In this document: one piece after another, positions 13,140 through 27,700 of the stretch
How the letters are laid out: each line of letters opens with the position of its first letter
How positions within the stretch are numbered: position 1 is the stretch's first letter
DNA from: the human T2T-CHM13v2.0 reference genome, Homo sapiens
Reading direction: 5' to 3' (one strand)
Length of the DNA stretch: 64,000 bases
NCBI RefSeq assembly: GCF_009914755.1
Contig: NC_060932.1
Notes under the pieces: model-generated
The model's database searches: none
Seen by the model: the letters and a program-made list of their open reading frames with translations, nothing else
What the model was told of the DNA's origin: nothing
Translations under genes and position numbers: made by a program

Positions 13140-13910
13140 TCTGAAATTCTTAAACAACTTCTTTTATCTATCTACACTCACTCCCTAAGTGATTCCAAGC
13201 AGAATATTGATTTTAAACACTGTCTATATGTATAGGTTACTTCCAAATTTATATCTCCAGCCTAAATCTGTCTCATAAACTTCAGACTCTTACATATATC
13301 TAATACTGTACTTGGATGTCCAAAATATTTTCAAAATCAATACAACCTCAACTAAATTCTTAATCTTCACCATTCAAGCCCACCAACATTTATATCCATT
13401 TAAGACGTTGGCAACTTTATACTTCCAGTTGTGTTGGCCCAAACACGTGGAGTCATCTTTGACTCTTTTCTGTCTCACAGTCCTCATCAAATATGCCAGT
13501 AAACCATCAGTCTTTCTCTTTAATTCCACTGATTCCATGTGGTGCAGGCCACTGTAATTTCTTATCTGGGTTATTGTTACAATTTATTGATATTATTAGT
13601 ATAATTTTCTAATAATTCTTATTGTCTGTACTCTTGTTACTACTATAGTTTATTTTCAATTTAGTTGTCAATCATTTCCCCTAAAACTTAAATACTTGTC
13701 TTTTGCTCAAACCTTCCAGTGGTTACTCATTTAACCCAGAATAAAACTAGTCCTTACAATTGTCTACAAGTTCCTATATGATAAATTTTGCACAACTTCC
13801 TGTTATCCTTCTAACTACATTTCTTCTCATTTTTTCCATTATATCTGTAATACCTATAATAATGACTAAAACATAGCAATAGTTTAATAAGCAATTGATT
13901 AATAATTAAA
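13140..13910 (+). mobile_element. L2 fragment(s)
   Basis: ccaaatttatatctccagcc, ggagtcatctttgactc and aaaccttccagtggttactcatt are characteristic L2 motifs. Confidence 0.65.
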
Positions 13911-14909
13911 TTTAGGGTATTATCTATAAACTGATTAATGACTAACAATGTTAATTAAATCAGTGGTCCGTATGAACACATGCATTGTAGCTCATTATGT
14001 CCTTGCAAGCAATATTTCCTCATTCTTGCTAAACCATCATGGCACCTTTGCTTACCCATCATCTCTTATTGCCTTTGTAGAATAAGTTAAAACTGACTTT
14101 TATTCTCTATTTTCATCCCCTAGAAAAATAAGTAGACAAACTCTGTAACCTTATGTAACTTTACAATATTTCATGGATTTCAAAGGACTGAATAACAAAG
14201 ATTGTTAACTCCCAACCAGAAAATGGATCCCCTAGAGAAAAATGTTTCATAGATGCAGATGCTACTTTAGCACTATGAAAATCTGCTGATTTTAGCATGC
14301 CTAAAATATAATTTTACATTTGCCTTAAAATCATGTATTTCCCTTACAATAACCTATAGACAATTGCTGAAATTTACAGAAACTTTGAAAAAAAAGAGAT
14401 ATTTTCCAAGAACAAAACTTAAGTGGAAAATAGCAAATTATATAATAACAATCCTTTATCACTATTATATAAATATCATTGTTGTGTGAGTATGCATTTG
14501 CATATTATTAACATAAATTAAGCATTTTATCCCTGAGTCTTTAATTTTGTAATAATTACTTACAGTATATAAAATATAAAATACTCATAATAATTGAAGT
14601 CACTGATAAAATTTTCTCCTTTTCTAAATTTTAATAACTAATTTGATAATTTCTTAGTTTGATGAATGCTTCTTCTCTGAGTTACGTTACACCAATTTGT
14701 ACTTTTTAAATGTTAATGTCTCAATTCTATGGAGGTTTTACTTTTAGTGAAAAAGAAATACAAGAATGAATAATACCATGCAATGAGTACATTAAAATTA
14801 GTTCTCAATTTTCACATTTCAAAGAAATAGGCACAACTAACTAAAGTTTCCACTATGTTTACAACTTTTAACTGTGTGTAGCCTTAGCAGTTTATTAAAT
14901 TCCTACAGA

Positions 14910-15218
14910 TGTCTGGGTGTGGTGGCTCACGCCTATGATCTCAGCACTTTGGAAGGTTGAAGTAGGTGGATCACTTGAGGCCAGGAGTTCAAGACCAGCC
15001 TGACCAACATAGTAAAACCACGTCTCTACAAAAAAATTAGCTGGACTACTGTAGTAGCACAGGCCTGTAATACCAGGTACTCAGGAGGCTGTGGCAAGAG
15101 AATGGCTTGAAGTGGAACTCAGGAGGCAGAGGTGGTGGTGAGCTGAGATCTTGCCACTGAACTCCAGCCTGAGTGACAGAGGGAGACCCTGCCTCTAAAT
15201 AAATAAATAAATAAAATA
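14910..15218 (+). mobile_element. Old Alu (AluJ-like) with (TAAA)n tail
   Basis: Full dimeric Alu; ggatcacttgaggccagg and gagaccctg; degenerate TSD aattcctacaga / aattcatataga. Confidence 0.9.
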
Positions 15219-15954
15219 ATTCATATAGAAGAAAAAATGGTTCTAGCAGTTATTTCTTAAGCATGCTTTTAGGAGTACCTTGCCTGCTTTTGAAAATAAT
15301 AATTACCAACCTGTATTCAAGATACTATGATTGAATAGAATTATTTTGAGAACTTGGAAACAGGATTTTTATAAGCCTCCTTGTGATTCTGATTCAGATG
15401 TCAATGGGCCACAAATCACTGAGAAACACGTCTCAGTGTTTCTCACTGAGAAGTATCTGGGATTTATGTTTCTGCCTTTACATAGAGGAAAATAACATCC
15501 TCTGATATAAACAACTCTCAACCTATTATTCTTCCCTGATAATTACTGGGGGCCCATGGCTCTGGGAAAAGCATGTTGTGGGTGCTTTTTCTTTTTCCCT
15601 TTTCTAGCCTGTGGCTATAGAATGAAGGATTTATAGTAAGTAAGCTCAGCTATCTTCTATTACAGATATTTTGGGGGGAGTTACCCATGTCTTAATTAAG
15701 ACATGAAAGAAAACGAAAGGAAAATAATATGACATAATTGTATTGAGACTGAAAAATACTACCCATAATTACAAATTTGAAATATAAGTAGTCATTTTTC
15801 CACTGGCCATACATATATAAAATTTGATGTACTTATAAAAAAAGGAGTATAACTTTCAAAGAAAAATGACCCTGAAATGGAATAAATGAAAAGACAAACA
15901 AGCAAAATTTGAATTATGTTAAAAAAATGAACTATTAACCAGCTCAAAGTAACT

Positions 15955-16190
15955 CAATAGTAACTAGCACTTGTTAAGCCCTTACTTTATGCCAGAATTA
16001 TAAGGCTTTTAAAAGGTTAACTTATTTAGTTTTCATAACTATACTAAGTAATAGCAAATATTATTCTCCTTAATTTACCAATAAGAAAATTGAAGCACTT
16101 AAAAGGCTAAATAAAATTCTGATCCCGAAGCTCACACAGGTAATTGTGTTCGGAGATACAGAATTGGTTCTCGGCAGTTTGGCTCATGAT
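15955..16190 (-). mobile_element. MIR
   Basis: Reverse of the MIR core (ataagaaaattgaagcac...gctcacacaggtaa...ggcagtttggctc). Confidence 0.6.
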
Positions 16191-16459
16191 AATTTTATTT
16201 TACTGATTCAGTAATGTAACCTAAAACAACTTAACCTCTATGCATACATTTAAGGAACAATCCCTTAATTATTTATATTTTTATAGATATATTTTTAAAT
16301 CTTTTTAAAGATTTTTAAAGATTTAAAAATATAGACCTAATATTTCTAACTGACCAGTTTGATTACTTATTTAAGGCTGTAATTCAATTCTCAGTCTAAT
16401 AAACCATACCTAAAGTCCATTGTCAGCCATTTTGTGTTTTTGCAAATAGAGAATAGCAA

Positions 16460-17100
16460 TAAAAAGATAGACCTAAAAAATCAAATAGATATTCTTTAGT
16501 TGAAAAATACTATAGCTGAAATGAAAAATTGTACTAGAAGGCTCAACAGTGTTTTATTGTTTGGGGGCACATATTCTATTTTAGAACTGCTGAAGAAATA
16601 AAGTGCAAGCTTAAGGATAGATTATTACAGATCATAGAATGCAAAGTACAGAGAAAAGGAAGAATAAACCAAAAGGAACAATGCCTCAGAGAAATGTGGA
16701 ACACCACTAAGTCCACAAACATATGCTTAATGGGCGTACTAGAAGAGAAGAAATACAAGAGTGCAGAAAAAATGCTCAAATAAATATTGTCTGAAACCTC
16801 CCTGAATTTACAAAAAAAAAACATTAATTTATACATCCAAGAATATCAACAAAATCCATATAGAATAATCACACAGAGCCACACCAAGACATATAATAAA
16901 AATATTTAAAGACAAATAAACTTTTAAAGGAACAAAATAAAAAGATTTACGTAGAATAAAACCCCAACAAGATTAATAGCTGATTTTAATCAAAAGTAAT
17001 GGAGGCCAGAAGGCAGTGCATGACAATCAAAATACATAAAGAAAACAACAGTTAACTAAGAATCTTTTATCTGGCAAAACCATTTTTTAGATATGAAACA
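16460..17100 (+). mobile_element. Old L1M ORF1 fragment
   Basis: A-rich ORF1-like sequence (cctcagagaaatgtggaacacc, catccaagaatatcaacaaa, atggaggccagaaggcagtg). Confidence 0.7.
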
Positions 17101-18515
17101 GAATGACAAAACCTATCAGCAGCCATGCACAGTGCTAAGAAATAGAGATGCAATGGTAAATGAAATGACAGTCTCTGACTTAGTGGAGTTTATAGTATAC
17201 TTTCAGGACATTTCATGAAATAACAAGAGGGATTTAAAAGTTGTAAATCTATAATAATTTTCTAGATGTTAGGCCCCTACTCCAATCACTAGCAACAATA
17301 GAGCCATAGTTAAAACAAAAACATTTTGGTACTATTTACAGTGAAAACGTTGGTGACATTCTATTAATACTATTAATATTCATAACTTCATTTTATTAAT
17401 GGAAAATCCCTATGAAGCCAGAGAGTCTATATCATACAAAATCTTTAGCTGTAGCTTCATCTAGGATAGCCCTACAATAATGCACAGCAGAATCTAACAG
17501 AACATTTCTCATGGCTTATCTAACATTATTACCCACATGTTAACACCTACTTCCCCCATAGAAATAAAGCTAATGCTAAAATATGACATTATCGGAAATG
17601 ACTTATTCTTCTTAATTTTATAGTCAAGTACTATTACCACTGTTTATAGATAAGTAAATTAAGGAAAAGACAGACTAAGTTACTTGCCAAGGTAGCAACA
17701 AGTTGAAAAGTAGAACTAAAATTTACAGCTAATTTTCCAGGATTCTGAAATTTATACTTCTGACTCCTATATTGTTTTTTGAGAAGTTTAGTAGAGAAGG
17801 GAAGAAATTAGAAGTGTAGCTTGAGGCAAGAGAAATTAATATAGGAAAAACTTTTGATAAAAATATGATGAAATAACATTAGCATTACATGCTTTATACA
17901 CATAAGTTGATTTTTTCGATCATTCAGATAAGCTTCTGGATCTCCAGTTGCTTCTTAGTGTGAGTGTTTTGATAGTTTGCCTATGTTCTACATTATTGTT
18001 ATTCCAATTGCTGATCATTTCTCTTTCTTAATATCTGAAACAAATCAACTTTTGCTTTAAACAAAGTATGATATTTTCCATATGTGACTTCAAATAATGT
18101 ATAATAGTTAAAGTTCTATCAAATAAAAACTTTGAGTCAACCTTTACTATTATCACAACTTTCATTTGTTTGATGAGATAAAGATAATTTTAATTGTACT
18201 CCTGAGTTTCAAATGGAATAATATTCCATTAATATATTTTAAGTAAGAGAAATTAATTATTTTTCCAAAGATAGGCTTATTACTTTATTTTAGTATATTT
18301 ATTTCACATCACAGAATGAACATTCATCTATCTATCTATCTATCTGCCTACCTTTCATAATCTTTCATATAATTTGTTGGAGTTGACTCATATTTTTATA
18401 TGTCCTAAGCATGAATAATGGCCACTCATTTTTTACTTTGTGCATATACTTCCTAATATTAATATATGTTTGTATTGTTTGCATTATGCTCTGACATATT
18501 TCAGGATAAAATTTA

Positions 18516-20154
<1,639 letters not shown>

Positions 20155-20842
20155 CAAAAAATTAAAAAGACAAAAATAAGAGACATAAAGAATAATTGTG
20201 TTAGATCATATAAGTTTACTTATATGAGGCCCCTTTCTGAGGTATGGGAAAATCCTGAAACCTCAACAGAAGAGCTCTCAGGAACCCCTGAAATGTTTTC
20301 TGACTGAAGAATGTAAAGAAACACAGAAGATAGTCATTGAGAGGCAGTAATATGCAAATTAATGTCAAACAGAAAAATGCTAAAATGCTTTAATTGTAAA
20401 GTACTTTAGCATTTTTCTAAATGTAAAGCACTAAAGCATTTTCCACAGGTTTGATAACACTTTCAGAGCTATAGATCTCAGAATTAATAAGTGCATGCAA
20501 ATAATACCTGATAATATTAATAGGTTAAGAACTGTTTTTCTTTTTTACTGTGATGATGTATCAATGGCTAGGATACAACACAGCAAAGAATGGATTTGAA
20601 ACTAAATATACAATGACTACATTCATGATGGATATGAAAATAAATAAAAAATAAACAAATCTATTAAAAGCATAGAATTAAACTCTTAAACTGATAATCT
20701 TATATAAGTTCTAGTCTTGACAACTTAAATAGAGTGAATATTGACAGTGTTAAGGAATTGAGGTTAAAAAAAGTTCTGGTAATGTGTTTTTAATTTTTTT
20801 TTAAGTTAAAACATTTTATTTTGCTAATGTGTATGGTATCTC

Positions 20843-21642
20843 TTTTTCTTATAAGTTTAAGTTCAGGGGTACATACAAATGTTTGTTAGGTAGGTAAACT
20901 TGAGCTTCAGTCATGGGGGTTTGTTGTACAGATTATTTCATCCCCCAGGCCTTATACCCAGTACTCAATAGCTATCTTTTCTGCTCCTTTCCCTCCTCTC
21001 ACCCTCCATCCTTGAGTAGATCCCAGTGTCTGTTGTTTCCCTCAGTGTGTCCATGTGTTCTTGTCATTTAGCTCCCACTTATAAGTAAGAATATGCAGTA
21101 TTTTGTTTTCTGTGCCTGGGTTAGTTTGCTGAGGTTAATAGCCTCCAGATCCATCTATGTTCCCACAAAATGCATGATCTTCGTCTTTTTTATGACTGCA
21201 TAGTATTCCATAGTGCATATGTACCACATTTTTTAAAAATCAACTGTGTCATTGATGGGCATTTAGGTTGATTCCATGTCTTTGCTTGTATAAATAGTGC
21301 TGCAGTGAACATTCACATGTATGTGCACGTGTCTTCATGGTAGAATGATTTATATTCCTCTGGATATATACCCAGTAATGAGATTGCTTGGTCAAATTAT
21401 ATTTCTGTCCCTGGGTGTTTATGGAATCACCACATTGTCTTCCACAATGGTTGAACTTATTTACACTCCCAACAACAGTGTATAAGTGTTCCCTTTTCTC
21501 TGCAACTTCAGCAGCATCTGTTATATTTTGATTTTTTGATAATAGCCACTCTGATTGATGTGAGATGGTATCTCATTGTGGTTTCAATTTGCATTTCTCT
21601 AAAGATCAATGATATTGAGCTTCTTTTTGTATGTTTGTTGAC
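20843..21642 (-). mobile_element. L1PA13-16-like 3' fragment
   Basis: Antisense 3' UTR (gttcaggggtacat...gggggtttgttgtacagattatttcatc) and end of ORF2. Confidence 0.85.
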
Positions 21643-22460
21643 CACAGGTTTTTTTTTGTTTCTAATGTACTACTATTTTAGAATTTTTCATGTGTGTGTC
21701 TATGTATGTTTTTGTATAACTAGATAGGCACGTGTTTTAAACAAAGCTTTCAGCATTGTAACCTACACGTGTGCCCCAAAACGATTTAATATCCTGAGGC
21801 CTTCATGATATATTCATAATATTTGAGTTCTGTGAAGATTTATACTTAAATTGAAATAATATGAGAATTAAATTTTGTCATATTTCTCATAATCCATTTT
21901 AATTATTTAGAAAACTACCAAAAAATAGAATCAGTCCCCCAAAAAATTAAAAAAATTGGAAATTCATCAATAAGCACATGAAGATGCTCAATATAATCAT
22001 TTTGGAAGTGCAAATTAAAATTATAATGAGATACCTCTACACACCTTCTATAATATTTTTTAAATTAAAAAGAATGAAATGACCAAGTGTTGGCATGAGT
22101 GAGGAACAATTGGAACTCTGACAGAATTGTTGGAAAGGCAACTTTGGAAAATAGTTTAGTAGCTTTTTATAAATTTGTGCATATATTTACCTTATATGAC
22201 CCATATATGCCACATATGCCCCAGGAATCCCACTGCTAGTAACAATTCAAAATATATTAAAATATATGTTTATATCTAGGCCTGTGTGTTAATATTTATA
22301 GCAGCTTTTAATAATAACTTTCTAAGACTAGAATCTATCTAAATGTTCACCCACAGGTTTATGGATAAATAAATCATACCCATCAAACATTGAAATATTT
22401 CTCAGCAATTAAAAAGGAATAAATTATTGAAGCATGCAACATCATGGAAGAAACTCATAG

Positions 22461-23293
22461 AATATTAGTTTCTTATGGCTGCTATTACAAATTATCACAT
22501 GTGGGGGTTTATAGAAACATAAATTTATACTGTCATATATCATGGGAGGAGGCCAGAAGTAGAAAATCAGTTTTATTGAGATAAAATTAAGGTGTCAGCA
22601 GGACCATCCTCCCTCCAGAGGCTCTAGGAGAGAACCCAGTTCCTTGCCTCTTTAACTTCTGGTGGCTGCTGGCATTCTTTGACTGTATCACTGCAATGTC
22701 TACTTCCTCCTCTTCTCTGTGTGTATAACTTTTCTTTCTTTATTTTAAAGATACTTATGATGGCCTTTATAACCTGTTTGGATAATAGAGGGTAATCTCA
22801 TCTCAAAATTTTTAACCATATCTGCAAAAACTTTACTGTGTAAGGTAACATTCACAAGTCCCAGGTATTAAGACTGAGATCTGGTTTGGCTCTGTGTCCC
22901 CACCCAAATCTCATCTTGAACTGTAATCCCCATGTATTGGAGGAGGGGTTTGGTGGGAGGTAATTGAATCATGGGGCAGACTTCCCCTTGCTGTGCTTGT
23001 GATAGTGAGTTCTCACAAGATCTAGTTGTTTGAAAGTGTGTCTGACTTTCTGCTTCATTTACTCTGTCTCTTCCTACCATGTGAAGAAGATCCTTTCTTC
23101 CTCTTCACCTTCCTTCATGATTGTAGGTTTCCTGAGGCCTCTCAGTCATGCTTCCTGTTAAGCCTGCAGAACTGTAAGCCAATTAAACCTCTTTTCTTCA
23201 TAAATTACCCAGTCTCAGATAGTTCTTTACAGCAGTGTGAAAATGGACTAATACAGACTGGATATCTCTGGGGCCATCTTTCAGCCTAATACA
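22461..23293 (-). mobile_element. MLT1C-like MaLR LTR, split by a THE1D/MSTA LTR
   Basis: tattagtttcttatggctgctattacaaattatcac...aaggtgtcagcagg...ggtaacattcaca; resumes gatatctctggggccatctttcagcctaataca. Confidence 0.8.
22877..23255 (+). mobile_element. THE1D/MSTA-like MaLR solo LTR with 5-bp TSD gactg
   Basis: ggtttggctctgtgtccccacccaaatctcatcttgaa...aattaaacctc...ggactaataca; gactg at 22872-22876 and 23256-23260. Confidence 0.92.
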
Positions 23294-24399
23294 AATTTCA
23301 ATTCCATTATGCTAAGTGATAAAAGAAAGACTAAAATGTTGCATATGGGTTGATTCTATTTATACTCCATTCTATCATAGACCAAACAATAGGAACCAGC
23401 ATATCCTTGGGGAAAGAAGTTAAAATTATAGAACTATATTATTAAAACAGTGAATTTTATTTTATATTAATGATATCTCAATCAATTAAAAAATAAAAGG
23501 AAAAGAGATAACATGGCGTACCTTATATACTTTTAAATTAATCTTCAGTTTAGGTGTTAGAAACACACCTCTCTCTTTTCTATGATATCAGAGGAGATCT
23601 ATAGCCAATTGTTCCTCTATTTCACCTTGAAGTGTTGACAAGCTGGTCCCACTAAATTTTAATCTGTTCAGAAGTCTTAGCACTGTAATTTTTCTTCAAT
23701 TTACTGATTTATATTCAGATCCTCCTATATTCTCCCCCAAATTCTCACATTTTAAGGATATTTTGGTTTGATGAATTGCTGTGGGGAATAAATTTTCTCA
23801 AATATACCCCGGGAACGTGTTTCTTCAACCGTTCCCTTTGTTTCTTGTTGCTTAATACAGAAAATGTGTGTGTGTGTGTGTAAGTGTGTATATGTGTGCA
23901 TGTTTATTAAACATATGGGCTGTGTGAGGTTAAATAGGTTGGATTAGTTTTTTGAAAAGGTGCAATTTGAGTTTAAATGGAAGGACAAGTAGAAGTCATG
24001 CAATGAGTAGCATGAGCCTCTGTAAAGATATGGAACCCAAAAGTCATATTTGACATCTCTTTCTTGAAACCCTTTTATCCAAAACAGTATCTGCAAGTTG
24101 TGTCTATTGTACCTGCTAAATTATAACATTTGCCACTATTCCATTTCTCTGCCAATAACAGCTTAGTTTAAGCTAACCTCGATATCATGCCTGGAAACTG
24201 TCATGCCATGCCCCCACAACTAACTTGTAAACATCTTTTCTTTTCCACTCCTAACTTTTCTTTGCACTTTTATCACAGTGACCTGATCCAAAACAATTCA
24301 CATCAGTATCTTCTCTTGACATTTAGTATATCAAGTCAGTTCTCATTACCTCATAAATAGATTTCCTGTTCTTTTTTAACAGAATGCATTTTTCAATTA

Positions 24400-24865
24400 C
24401 AGTTCACCATTGAATAATGTAGGGGTTGGGGCATTGACCCTCCCACATAGTCAAAAATTCATGTATAACTTTGACTCCTCTAAAACTTAACTAATAATAG
24501 GTTGCCTTACAGTTAACATATACAGTTCATCAACATATATGTTGTCCATTATATGCATTATATATTGTATTCTTACAATAAAGCAAGCTAGAGAAAAGAA
24601 AATGTTATTAAGAAAATCTTAAGAAGAGAAAACACACTGAGAGTACTGTACTTTATTTATCAATACTGTTAAGTTTATGTCATCTGTTCACAAGGAAAAA
24701 CTTCTGTCTGAAATGGTAGACAACCACAGCTGCAGACCTCAATCTTCAGTGCCTATCAAGAAATTCAACTTTTTTTTGTAATGTGATGATTTTTCTCACT
24801 ACTTGGGAGTATTTTCAGTATTATTAGTGACACTTTGAATGAGTTCCATGGTGTTATTCAAGGTA
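24400..24865 (-). mobile_element. Tigger2-family DNA transposon fragment
   Basis: TA followed by the TIR-like cagttcaccattgaataa; aagctagagaaaagaaaatgttattaagaaaatc is a Tigger2 signature. Confidence 0.8.
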
Positions 24866-26199
24866 TAATTGTATACACACATGCTTCATTTGAATACAAG
24901 GAATTAATTTAGATATTTAACTATTTAATTTTCAAAAATATTCACTTGTATATGCACTGATTTCTTTAACTGTCACTTACATTGATTTTTTTTCTTAGTT
25001 AACTGAATCTAGAAAATTTGAAATATCTTTCACTAAATTAACAAAAAAATTATTAACACAATGAAGGAAAGTGAAAAATCTGTAAAATTTATAATAGAAT
25101 TATTATATCAAGTTTTCAAGAGATTTATGTTACTTGTAGAAAATAAATTCTGTCACACTACCCAAAATTACTTCATAGAACAGTCATAATTAAAATTGGG
25201 TTTTTAAATATTTTAAGAGTTAAATATAGCTTTACATTTGTTATTTTTTTCTTATTCACAGTAATATAGTTTACTCCACCAAGAGTTGATTCTATTGGTG
25301 CTTCTCTATTTCTCCCACTTAAATGTATTGTGCAGCAGCATTTTTTTAATCTGGTAAATATCTATCCCAGTCATATTGGAGTTTACATAACATGTATAAT
25401 ATGATACATTCAGTTCTCCCAACTCCCATATAAGTGTGCATAGCAATATTGAGATTATTCATTCCTACCCTTACGATAGCCCTTGTCTTAGAGGCAAGAA
25501 AATATTACCTAGCTATGAATTTACTCAATAAATGTTCATTGACAACCTCAGAGGTTCCAAATAGTCTTTCATATCACTAGAAGCTATAAATTATGATAGC
25601 AGTTGTGGTCTTTACCCTCAAAGAGGTCTGAAGCTAGCAGACCTCTTTCCAGATTAATATCATGGAAATTGATGTTAATAATCACAATATAAACCCAGCT
25701 TCATAGAGCTGTTTGAAGCACTATAAAATGTCATAATGCATATGAAGCACTTAGTTGAATATTTATGGATATTAAGAGCTGAATACATGTTTAGTACCAC
25801 CATTATTTTTAGTAGGAAGAGTACAGTAAAGTGTAACTATTTTGATGGGTGTTAAATTATAGTTGCCCAAAGTGTAGCTTACAACACATAACACAGACTG
25901 AAGGCAGGGGCTGAGGGAGCTCAGTGGAGGCAGTAAAATGACAGGCATGTTTTAGTGAGAAGTGTACAACTACCACTTTATACATCTCACGTCTGTCTCC
26001 AAATCTCACACAGATATCTATCTTTGGAGGACTTTGTCATATATAAGACTTTATTGCAAGAAAGTTTAGAAAAGATTGTTTTAGATATCCAGGTTCTATA
26101 GCATAGGATGACAAGTTAGAAAAAGAGTTTTAAATGAACATCTTTTGAACTAACAGCAACTGCAGAGTCCATGGTTTGGCTACTCATACACACACATGC

Positions 26200-27150
26200 A
26201 CCTGATTTCGCGTATCTAACTTTGAAATAACAATAATAATAACATGTTTACACTTATCCTAATACAGCCATCTGTGGGTCCATGAAAATCCAGAAGCAGA
26301 ATTCTAAAGTTTTGTTTTTCCTGTGTCCATCTCTGGGAGATAATTTTCCTTTAGTTTACTATATCATCTTGATAGCTTGTCATATGTTAAATAATTGTAT
26401 ATATGACCACCTCCAACCCATCATATATAAAATTATAGAGGAAAATCAATTGATAAAAGTGAAAATTATGAATAACTAAAACAAAGAAAAAATATAGTAT
26501 CTATTATAGTCCTTGTTCTACCTAGCCACAACCTGATAGCTTTTCTTTACAATTTTCTTCCCCTTTTACACATATATTTTGCCTTCTTCCAGCAGCTCAT
26601 GTGATCAGGTCTCTTTATCTAATGGAGTGATCCAAACCTTCATTTCTCAGGATTTTGAGAGTGCTTGCTGATCTCACCTGTATTAGTCTTTCAGAACAAT
26701 CTATGATCTTTTACCACTGTATACCACAGTATTAAAAGGTGTTTCAGAGGATTTCCTCAGGCTCCACATATGCTCTCATTGCAGAGTAAAACCCAATTTT
26801 TCATTCAATTATGCACCCCAGGATACATATTGGGATTGTGTTTGCCTGTTTGTTCAGTGAAATGAGAAATCCTGAAAGGTCAAATAATGAGCTCAACTTC
26901 CAACTTAGTGAACCCATTTGCATGTCCTCTACCGTGGACAGTTCTCCTTTGGGTATTAAGATCTGTAAATCACCATGGTTCAGCATCATAGGCATAGAAA
27001 ACAAACAAACAAGTAAAACAAAACAAAAACTAAATCTAAAGAAAAATAAAAAATTCTAAGTGAGTCATGAAGTGCAATAATGAGAGACATCTCTCAACTC
27101 CTACTTTTTATTTTCCAGACCTCTGTATTCTGGCTATGGGTGAATAAAAC
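26200..27150 (-). mobile_element. ERVL internal fragment with dUTPase relic
   Basis: ORF 26801..27004(-) LQILIPKGELSTVEDMQMGSLSWKL...GFLISLNKQA resembles ERVL dUTPase LEVLVPKGGMLPPGDTTMVPLNWKL...GLLMPLNQQA. Confidence 0.6.
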
Positions 27151-27421
27151 AAAACATACATTGTTTGTTCTTGAAGCCACAAAAGATGACATTTTGTTCA
27201 AAAATATTAACACTGAAAACTCTGCAAAAAGTGATTCAAGAAAAGGACAGTGAATGTGAAGTATTTGAATAAGAAATTTAAATGATAATAAAGCACCATG
27301 TCATATAATTTTGGCTGTGTTTTAAAATTTTAATTTTAGTGCTACATAAAGTAATGACACAATTACAATAACTGACATCTTAGATTTTATGATGCTTGAT
27401 AAAAAGAAAAGTCATCTGCCC

Positions 27422-27700
27422 TGTGGCAGCCATTCACGTGTGTTACTGTGACCTGATCTACCTTCGAAAGAAAACCTACTTAGGAGTTGGCTGACAGCCT
27501 CCAGCTGCAGCAATTTTAGGATCCATTTCAATTTTCCCTTGGAGGCCACAGTCCTAAGCTCCTCTCAAACAATGCCAAGACATGGCACATTTCCTAGTGA
27601 TGGCCAATTCTGTCCAATGTAAAATTCTTCTAATAAGAAATATTTTCTCTAGGGCTCCATTGACCTAACCAAGCATTTCTCAGATTAGTGCTCTATGTCT
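27422..27700 (+). mobile_element. LTR16C-like ERVL LTR fragment
   Basis: tgtggcagccat...gttggctgacagcctccagctgc...ggatcc...gaggccac...ggccaattctgtccaa. Confidence 0.7.

Larger units (their letters stand above)
21965..23500 (+). mobile_element. Old L1M (L1MC-ME) 3' fragment, interrupted by nested LTRs
   Basis: gcaaattaaaattataatgagatacc...gcatgcaacatcatggaagaaactc, resuming after 23293 with cattatgctaagtgataaaag. Confidence 0.65.

Noticed and set aside
16288-16333. AT-rich inverted repeat tatatttttaaatcttt...aaagatttaaaaatata
   Set aside because: Real, but very low complexity and explainable by slippage of tttaaaga units
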